From Desulfobacteraceae bacterium (GTDB lineage Bacteria > Desulfobacterota > Desulfobacteria > Desulfobacterales > ETH-SRB1), in the NCBI GenBank assembly GCA_030593145.1, contig JAUVHU010000004.1, positions 8,548-72,547 of the forward strand: 64,000 bases of DNA. The letters run 5' to 3'. Made by a program: the position numbers and the translations under genes. Positions 57,557 through 64,000 of the stretch are shown here, one piece after another. The number at the start of each line of letters is the position of its first letter. The stretch's first letter is position 1. Below the pieces are notes generated by a model. The model searched no databases. It saw only the letters and a list, made by a program, of their open reading frames with translations, and had not been told where the DNA came from.

Positions 57557-58690
57557 TCAGTCCCTCAATCCCTCTTCTTTCACTGCTTTTACTATCCACT
57601 CTGCTGCTTGATCAACTTCATCTTCAGTTGTAGGCCTGCCAAGTGTGAGGCGTACCGCTCCCATTCCTATCTCACGGGAAACTTCCATTGCGGCAAGAAC
57701 ATGGGATATTTTTACTGAACGATCTTCGCAAGCTGCGCCTGTGGATGCGCACAGCTCCGGGATTTTCTCCAGGATTTTTTCTCCGATCATTCCCGGAAAT
57801 GAAAGATAGAGCGTATTTGGAAGACGCTTTTCAGGATGCCCGTTAAGTACCGCCTTTGGAACGTCCGCAATTATTTTATTATGAAGCCTGTCACGCAGAG
57901 TAATAATACGGGCTGTGTAATCTTCCAGATGCTTTCCCGCAAGTTCACAGGCCGTGCCCAGTCCTACGTTCATAATTACATTTTCAGTGCCTGCCCTGCG
58001 GCCTTTCTCCTGGCCCCCGCCATGAATCAGTGGAACGATCTCAATTCCATTGCGAATATAAAGAGCGCCTACACCTTTGGGGGCGTATAATTTATGGCCG
58101 GTTACTGATAAAAAATCGACACACAGATCATTCACATCGGTTTTAATCTTACCGATAGATTGAGCCGCATCTGTATGGAACAAAATTCCATGTTCCCTGG
58201 AAATGCGGCCAATTTCCTGAATCGGCTGTATGGTGCCTGTTTCATTGTTTGCATGCATAACAGATATTAATACAGTATCTTTTTTTATAGCATTTTTAAC
58301 TTCATCCGGGTCTGTTAAGCCGTATTTATCTACAGGAAGAAAGGTTACATCCCAGCCGTTTTCCATGAGAAAAATGGCAGGATTTATTATGGCCGGGTGC
58401 TCGATCTTTGTTGTAATGATATGACGGCCTTTATCACGCAAGTTTAAAGCCACACCCTTTAGCACCATATTGTTTGATTCGCTTCCCCCGCTGGTAAAAA
58501 CAATTTCTCCGGCCTCGCACCCCAGGAGTTTCGCTATCTGACCGTGTGCTTTTTCAAGCGCCTTCTTTGCTCTTATCCCCAGAGAATATGAGTTGCTGGG
58601 ATTTCCAAATTCTTCCCTGATAAACGGCATCATAGCTGCAGTAACATCCAAATCTATCGGGGTTGTAGCATTATAATCAAGATAAATCAT
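57557..58690 (-). CDS. NifS-family cysteine desulfurase (possibly a selenocysteine lyase, given its context)
   Basis: TGHKLYAPKGVGALYI PLP-Lys motif and active-site Cys in STGAAC. It lies about 210 bp downstream of selD on the same strand, separated from it by a repeat-filled gap. Confidence 0.85.
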   Translation of the reverse strand: MIYLDYNATTPIDLDVTAAMMPFIREEFGNPSNSYSLGIRAKKALEKAHGQIAKLLGCEAGEIVFTSGGSESNNMVLKGVALNLRDKGRHIITTKIEHPAIINPAIFLMENGWDVTFLPVDKYGLTDPDEVKNAIKKDTVLISVMHANNETGTIQPIQEIGRISREHGILFHTDAAQSIGKIKTDVNDLCVDFLSVTGHKLYAPKGVGALYIRNGIEIVPLIHGGGQEKGRRAGTENVIMNVGLGTACELAGKHLEDYTARIITLRDRLHNKIIADVPKAVLNGHPEKRLPNTLYLSFPGMIGEKILEKIPELCASTGAACEDRSVKISHVLAAMEVSREIGMGAVRLTLGRPTTEDEVDQAAEWIVKAVKEEGLRD

Positions 58691-58904
58691 TTATTCACCA
58701 AACCATTTTTACCACCGAGTACACAGAGATCACAGAGAAAACGGTATCCTTTTTTTCTCGTTCCAACGCTCCTGAGCGGGAATGCATAACTTCTAAATTT
58801 TCAAAAGAGGACTCCATAATTCTCTTCTACCTTCTGTTTTTTTCAACCGTGAACCGATAACTGTGAACCGTGAACGGCTACAAAAATACAATACTACGAA
58901 TCGT

Positions 58905-59960
58905 TTAACTTACAACTATTTTTCCTTTTGGTTCAGATAACACCTCTCCGATAACTGCGGCATCATCTATCCCTTTTCCCTTTAATTTATTTACCAAATC
59001 GTCGGCGCTTTCTTTTTTCACACAGATAAGCAGCCCTCCTGATGTCTGGGGATCATACATAATATCCAGAACAGCCCGTTTTACAGAAGGATAAATATCG
59101 ACCATAGCTTCACGGAACTTCCTGTTATTATAAGCTCCGGCAGGTACAAGCCCCATTGCCGCATAATCAAAGGCTTCGGGAATTATCGGTATCTTTTCAG
59201 ACCAGAGGCTGATTCCGAATCCGGAATCTACAACCATTTCAGCGACATGACCTATCAAACCAAAACCGGTAATATCGGTGCAGGCGTGAACAGGGAACCC
59301 TTTCATTACTTGAGCAGCATCCCTGTTAAGCGTAGCCATAAGATGTGTAACAAATTCTATGGCTTTACTTGAAGCAAGTCCGCCTTTAATGGCTGTATTA
59401 ATAACACCTGTGCCAAGCGACTTTGTCAGCACCAGACGATCTCCGGCTTTAAAACCCTTCTTTGTAAGGATATGATCAGGATGGATAAAACCGGTGACAG
59501 ACAAACCGTATTTCAGTTCGCTGTCCTCCACGCTGTGGCCCCCCACCAGAACAACACCAGCTTCTTTCATCTTGTCCAGTCCTCCCTGGATGATTTTTCG
59601 GAGAACGGAAATATCCATATCTTTAACCGGAAATGCTACAATATTCATGGCCGTCTTGGGAATACCGCCCATGGCATAAACATCGCTTAATGCATTGGCA
59701 GCGGCTATCTGTCCAAACCAGTATGGATCATCTACGATCGGTGTGAAAAAATCCACTGTCTGGATAATTGCGATCTCATCCGTGATTTTATAAACTCCGG
59801 CGTCATCCGCACTGTCCAAACCAACAATAAGATTTGGATCTGTCGGAAATTTCAGACCGCATAATACTCTCTCCAGGTCCCCTGGAGGCAATTTCGAGGC
59901 TCAGCCTGAACCGGCAACTGTCTCAGTAAGACGAAGCTTCTTTGCTTTCTGTTCTACCAT
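58905..59960 (-). CDS. selD: Selenide, water dikinase SelD with an in-frame UGA (Sec) codon at 59901-59903
   Basis: The ORF track starts at 59891, but reading upstream through the TGA gives MVEQKAKKLRLTETVAGSG-U-ASKLPPGDLERVL. This reproduces the SelD N-terminal glycine-rich loop with Sec at the Cys/Sec position. The rest is a canonical SelD (DDAGVY, VGGHSVED). Confidence 0.85.
59871..59903 (-). promoter_or_regulatory. UGA codon plus candidate bacterial SECIS hairpin
   Basis: The mRNA reads UGA-GCCUCGAAAUUGC-CUCCAGG-GGA-CCUGGAG. This is a 7-bp stem starting 14 nt after the UGA, with a G-rich apical loop. Confidence 0.5.
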
Positions 59961-59972
59961 TTTTCTATTTCC

Positions 59973-60578
59973 TTATATATTAATCACCTTATCAGCCAAC
60001 TGCATGGCTGTTACAATATCAAGCATATTAGTTGTTTCTCCTACCTGCTTTTTATCAAGTAGATTAAAATGCGTAAGGCATGTCCCGCAGACCAGAATCT
60101 GAAGCCCGTCTTTTTCATATTCTTTCAGGACAGGCAATACTTCAGAACCCTCAATTGTCAGCTTAACGCCATTATTCACAAAAACCAGCCGCCATAGTTC
60201 ATGCCCCATTTCCTTCAGAGTTTTGATATAGCTGATCATGAGTTTTAAACCAAGCTCATCATCGCCAAAGCCCATGCGGTCAGTAGCCAGCATGACCATG
60301 ATTTTCTTTGTATCGGTTGTTTTTTTATCAATTAAAATTTCAGATGAAACTTCAGGAGAAACACCCTCTTTACGTTTCCCAACAATAAGAAAATCGTTCC
60401 CATCTTCTTTGATAGAGGTTTCATAGTTCCGGGATTCTAAAAACCTGCAAACATTTTGCTTTGAAGCCTCATTATCAACGATGATCTTGATAAGGCTCGG
60501 GTTTACTTCTTCAATGGCTGATTTTGTTTGTAATACCGGAGCCGGACAGGCGAGTCCCCTGGCATCGATCTCTTTCAT
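59973..60578 (-). CDS. yedF: YedF-type selenium metabolism protein (TusA-like domain fused to a DsrE-like domain)
   Basis: N-terminal DARGLACPAPVL (CPxP) motif. The C-terminal DsrE-like half ends in VCGTCL. Confidence 0.8.
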   Translation of the reverse strand: MKEIDARGLACPAPVLQTKSAIEEVNPSLIKIIVDNEASKQNVCRFLESRNYETSIKEDGNDFLIVGKRKEGVSPEVSSEILIDKKTTDTKKIMVMLATDRMGFGDDELGLKLMISYIKTLKEMGHELWRLVFVNNGVKLTIEGSEVLPVLKEYEKDGLQILVCGTCLTHFNLLDKKQVGETTNMLDIVTAMQLADKVINI

Positions 60579-61438
60579 TTTTTCTCCTGTAAAATTTCCT
60601 CCAGCGCTCCGGGTATCTGGCGTATAATTTCTATCACCTGAGTAGCCGGAGTTGGCCGGGCATAATACCCTGCTAATCGATTCGCTTTTGCAGCAACAAT
60701 CGCGGCGTTGCTGATTTCCATACCCGATTCAATCAAGGCTGCTGCAATGCCGGTAAGGGTGTCTCCTGTGCCGCCTATAGCCTCCATGGCTCTTTCCATA
60801 TAACCGTTGACAGTCGCCTGAATTCCTTGCCGGTTGGCTAGGTAATCTTTTTCTCCCTTGATCAGAAGTGATTGCGAGGCATTATTGTGCTCATACGCGC
60901 GCGCAACTAGATCCGGCACCCGGTTTTCCTCATGCAGTATAAAACCTCTGGTGTAGAACGGATGGGGCGCTGTTTCATCTGCCAGAAAGGCCAGCTCTCC
61001 TATATCAGGAGTAAAAAGATCATATTCCTGAGACTGCCCGCTCATTTTGGCTGCATACATAAACCCGGCATCCGCGATCAAGGCAGGACGCTTTGCCATT
61101 TTTTTTAGAGCGAACAACACCCTGTTATGCCAGTCCACGTCAGGTTGGAGGTAGTGAAATGTAATGACTGAGAAACTCAGATGCTCCAAATTTTCGGTTA
61201 AATATTCATAAAGCCGCTTGCTGCCGTCTCCAAGGCCGATATCACCGACAAGGTGTCCGAAAAGTTCCATCCGGCCCAGCACTTCTCCTGCTTTATATGC
61301 TGCGGCGAGAAGCGCAGGTGTCCCACGGTTTACATCAACCTTTTTCCCTTCGATACATATCCTGTTCCCATCCAGAGTTACTTTTCCTGCTATAAGAGGA
61401 AAATTTTGATCGGGAATGGTTCCGACTACTGCAAGCAT
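60575..61438 (-). CDS. Ribokinase-superfamily / YjeF C-terminal-like protein of unknown role
   Basis: C-terminal GGTGDTLTGIAAAL anion-hole motif; 287 aa. It shares an ATGA overlap with yedF and a 13-nt overlap with the upstream gene. Confidence 0.6.
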   Translation of the reverse strand: MLAVVGTIPDQNFPLIAGKVTLDGNRICIEGKKVDVNRGTPALLAAAYKAGEVLGRMELFGHLVGDIGLGDGSKRLYEYLTENLEHLSFSVITFHYLQPDVDWHNRVLFALKKMAKRPALIADAGFMYAAKMSGQSQEYDLFTPDIGELAFLADETAPHPFYTRGFILHEENRVPDLVARAYEHNNASQSLLIKGEKDYLANRQGIQATVNGYMERAMEAIGGTGDTLTGIAAALIESGMEISNAAIVAAKANRLAGYYARPTPATQVIEIIRQIPGALEEILQEKK

Positions 61439-61977
61439 TGACGATTTATCTCCTCAAAGGCAAGCTCAAGAGCATAACCGCAGAGTGTGTGGCCGATTTC
61501 CCCTGGCCTGGGGGCGTCTTTTAGTGACTTGCCGACGATCTCCTGAGCCAGATAAGGAACATCAGGACACCCTCCGCCCGATATATTCACGATGATTTTT
61601 GTATTCTTGTCAATGGTTAACTTCATGTTAGCCGCCCGAACCATAAGGTGCCGGCCAAAGTCCTTGATATGAAAAAGATTTACAGGTTTCAGCAAGGGGC
61701 TGCTGACAGGAACTATTTCCCTCGGAACAACTCCTGCTTTCTTAAGGGTTCTTATAATGTTTAGTTCTTCAATAAGAGGAAATTCGATTACCAGGTCGCA
61801 TCCGCTCTGAATCTCCGGCGGCGGCCCCATAACCCGGATTTTCCACCCTGATGCCTTAAGAACGCTCTCAGCACGAATCACCTCGCTGGTATGTTCAAAT
61901 ACTAATATACCTTTGTCCTGATCAGATTCCGGTGATTTTTTATCTTTTTTCGGTTTTAAAAATTTAAAAAATGACAA
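61426..61977 (-). CDS. DUF3343-like (putative Se/S carrier) domain fused to an unassigned Cys-containing domain
   Basis: ILVFEHTSEVIRAESVLKASGWKIRVMGPPPEIQSGCDLVIEF resembles DUF3343. The C-terminal half has GGGCPD and HTLCGY. Confidence 0.6.
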   Translation of the reverse strand: MSFFKFLKPKKDKKSPESDQDKGILVFEHTSEVIRAESVLKASGWKIRVMGPPPEIQSGCDLVIEFPLIEELNIIRTLKKAGVVPREIVPVSSPLLKPVNLFHIKDFGRHLMVRAANMKLTIDKNTKIIVNISGGGCPDVPYLAQEIVGKSLKDAPRPGEIGHTLCGYALELAFEEINRQCLQ

Positions 61978-62003
61978 TTTTTACTCCTTTTGATTTTAAT
62001 CCC

Positions 62004-62222
62004 TCAATCCTTCTTAATCGTAAGCCGATATCCTTCTTCATTTTCCTGAACATCAGCAATTTCCCATCCCTGGCTTTGTGCGGCCCGGCTCACATTTTCT
62101 TTTGATGTATTTGAATCAACAAGAACGACAATTTCCTTATCACTCCCTTTTTTAATTTTATCAAGAGTCATTAAAACCGGTTGCGGACACGAAAGCCCTT
62201 GTGCATCAACTGTTGCGCTCAT
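62004..62222 (-). CDS. tusA: TusA/SirA-family sulfur (selenium) carrier protein
   Basis: 72 aa; DAQGLSCPQPVL CPxP motif. Confidence 0.85.
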   Translation of the reverse strand: MSATVDAQGLSCPQPVLMTLDKIKKGSDKEIVVLVDSNTSKENVSRAAQSQGWEIADVQENEEGYRLTIKKD

Positions 62223-62234
62223 TTCTATTCCTCC

Positions 62235-63326
62235 TTAGGCTATCTTTTTTCTCATCGTAAATCCGATAAACAAACAGACAAGTATCCCGATAATCACAGC
62301 GGCAATGCCGTGAGGCCCAACTCCTTTCGGTGAACTGGCCAGACCGAAATTGTGAGAAAAGGCCGCGCCGGCAATCATCCCAATAACAAAAACCGCTGCA
62401 TCGCCATCACCTTCTCCCGCAAGGAATAGCTGACGTCCGGGGCATCCCCCGGCCAGTGCAAATGCAAGACCGGCAAGGACCATTCCTCCAAAGTTCCAGA
62501 CTTGCATGGTATGGGCTACTGCCTGTTTGGCAAATCCCGGATGGAATTGGTCTAATATTATATTTACGATAAAGGCGGCAACTACAAGGGCAATAAGCCC
62601 TGAAAGAAGATGGGTCTGCTTAAAGAGAATCAGATCGCGCAAAGCTCCCATGGTGCAAAAACGGCTTCTCTGCGCTATAAATCCTATTGCGAGTCCTGCC
62701 GATAGAGAGATAATCAGGGAAGCGTGCATAGCGCCAGGGCCTTTGAGACTGTAAAACAGGATTCCGCTCTTAGCTTCCCCCTTGATTTGCGGAAAAATGA
62801 GCATTAGCGCTAAAAAACCGAGCATGATCAGTGGTAATAGCCATCCCACCGAGGTGTGTGTTTTTTCAGTACGCCCCAGGTTATATCCGCCTTTGAGAAA
62901 GAGGGTGCCTATCCAGACACCGCCGGTCAGACCAAGCAGGCCGAAAATGGCATTTCCATCACCAGCGGCTAATCGCAGCAGGGCTCTCCATGGACATCCT
63001 AAAAAAACCAGTGCTCCAATCATGGCAAAGACCCCTAACACGAAGCGGACAATAGGAGCAGAGCCGGTACGGGACCGAAACTCCTTGAAAATATATGCAG
63101 CGATCAAAGAGCCCAGGACAAACCCGATAATTTCGGGCCGCATGTACTGGACCACGGCCGCCCGATGAATCCCGATTGCTCCTGCGATGTCTCTTTCAAA
63201 GCAGGCCACGCAAATACCCATGTTGCCTGGGTTGCCCAGCTTTTGTAAAAGAGCGGCAAGTACACCGATAAGCCCTCCTACTCCAATAATTCCCCAACGA
63301 GTTGCAAAAATATTTTTTAACATCAT
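62235..63326 (-). CDS. yedE: YedE/FdhT(YeeE)-family membrane transporter
   Basis: 363-aa polytopic protein with paired conserved Cys loops (MGICVACF, RSRFCTMG, GGCPGRQL). Confidence 0.8.
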   Translation of the reverse strand: MMLKNIFATRWGIIGVGGLIGVLAALLQKLGNPGNMGICVACFERDIAGAIGIHRAAVVQYMRPEIIGFVLGSLIAAYIFKEFRSRTGSAPIVRFVLGVFAMIGALVFLGCPWRALLRLAAGDGNAIFGLLGLTGGVWIGTLFLKGGYNLGRTEKTHTSVGWLLPLIMLGFLALMLIFPQIKGEAKSGILFYSLKGPGAMHASLIISLSAGLAIGFIAQRSRFCTMGALRDLILFKQTHLLSGLIALVVAAFIVNIILDQFHPGFAKQAVAHTMQVWNFGGMVLAGLAFALAGGCPGRQLFLAGEGDGDAAVFVIGMIAGAAFSHNFGLASSPKGVGPHGIAAVIIGILVCLFIGFTMRKKIA

Positions 63327-63574
63327 TGCTCAAAAACTCCTCTTTAAAAGATAAATAATAAATATGACGATATAGAGGATGTGCCGATTTGTCAAACTGG
63401 ATATTCCGATAATAGGATGGATTTTTTATAGAAACAACCGATTAGTTTCATTCAACACCCTGTTTTTTTATAAATAACTTGACTTTGCTAAAAAACAGTT
63501 TATATATTGAGCAAAATAAACAGGTGCCTGTATTTGTTGACGGGCGCGGGCAGGTTTCGTTCCAAAGGAAAAAT

Positions 63575-63637
63575 CCATTTGTTAAAAGTGGCACCCTGAA
63601 GTTTGGAACCAAAAATTTTTAAAAGGAGGATGTCACT
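63575..63637 (+). promoter_or_regulatory. Conserved csp 5' leader segment (copy 2)
   Basis: CCATTTGTTAAAAGTGGCACCCTGAAGTTTGGAACCAAAAATTTTTAAAAGGAGG matches 8899-8963. A possible promoter, TTGACT-N17-ATATAT, lies near 63478. Confidence 0.6.
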
Positions 63638-63838
63638 ATGACTAATGGAATTGTAAAATGGTTTAACGAAAAAAAAGGATACGGTTTTATTGAACAAGAA
63701 GAAGGACCAGATGTATTTGTTCATCATTCAGGAATCGAAGGAAGTGGTTTCAAGACTCTTAATGATGGGGATCGGGTTACTTTTGACATAGAGCAGGGAC
63801 AAAAAGGTCCTGCTGCAGTAAATGTTACAGTAGTTTAG
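63638..63838 (+). CDS. Cold-shock protein (CspA family), second copy
   Basis: 66 aa; KGYGFI and VFVHHS motifs. From the visible alignment it is about 75-80 percent identical to the copy at 8964. Confidence 0.95.
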   Translation: MTNGIVKWFNEKKGYGFIEQEEGPDVFVHHSGIEGSGFKTLNDGDRVTFDIEQGQKGPAAVNVTVV

Positions 63839-63857
63839 ACCATTATTTTAAACAGAA

Positions 63858-63896
63858 AAAGGGCGCCCATTATATAATGGAGCGCCCTTTCTTATT
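63858..63896 (+). terminator. Rho-independent terminator of csp copy 2
   Basis: AAAGGGCGCCCATTA..TAATGGAGCGCCCTTT hairpin followed by a T-rich tract. Confidence 0.8.
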
Positions 63897-64000
63897 AGGT
63901 TTTTCTGCAAAACAGGGTACTTCAAGTTGAGGCACCCTGTTTTTTTACATAACAAACGGGTTATTCAATTGGATAGCCCGCTTTTTCCCATGCCTTCCAA

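Noticed and set aside
57272-57718. 148-aa and 75-aa plus-strand ORFs between znuA and the desulfurase
   Set aside because: They run through the GAACGTCGAAC palindromic element and into the antisense strand of the desulfurase gene, so they are repeat-derived artefacts.
63961-64000. Possible 3' end of a minus-strand gene at the window edge (..WKAWEKAGYPIE*)
   Set aside because: Only 13 codons are visible, which is too short to support a call.

Overview
This is a bacterial chromosomal window with dense coding on both strands: about 70 protein genes and 3 tRNAs. All functional calls come from reading motifs by eye; no database search, folding or composition calculation was possible.

Likely source (inference only): an anaerobic, sulfate-reducer-type Desulfobacterota genome. 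This rests on four observations:
- a redox module of tetraheme cytochrome c3, an HdrD/DsrK-like protein and a NarI-like protein
- a selD that encodes selenocysteine (Sec)
- the rimP-nusA-infB-DUF503-rbfA-nrnA-truB-rpsO-pnp-M16 peptidase-dut block
- the sirC-ccsA-hemA-fabD block

Main blocks, in window order:
- a birA-bioY-bioMN biotin operon with a predicted BirA operator
- trkAH
- tRNA-Lys and tRNA-Glu
- two cspA-like genes that share a 5' leader
- a Tmc-like membrane redox operon followed by Rrf2 and Usp genes
- a ClC channel
- an accessory-looking stretch (21.3-30.2 kb). It holds a type II R-M cassette bracketed by 58-nt direct repeats, an orphan T5orf172/GIY-YIG-like gene, Y1-transposase remnants, a PEBP protein and a caspase-domain lipoprotein, interleaved with nifSU.
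- the translation/RNA-processing block
- heme and fatty-acid genes
- clpB
- znuACB
- a selenium locus: yedE, tusA-like, a DUF3343 fusion, a ribokinase-like gene, yedF, selD with an in-frame UGA, and a cysteine desulfurase

Almost every longer intergenic gap carries members of several families of long imperfect palindromic repeats built from short reiterated words.

The most interesting items are:
- the two unassigned genes inside the selenium locus
- the repeat-bracketed R-M/T5orf172 island
- the caspase lipoprotein
- the hairpin-element families, one of which shows compensatory stem changes
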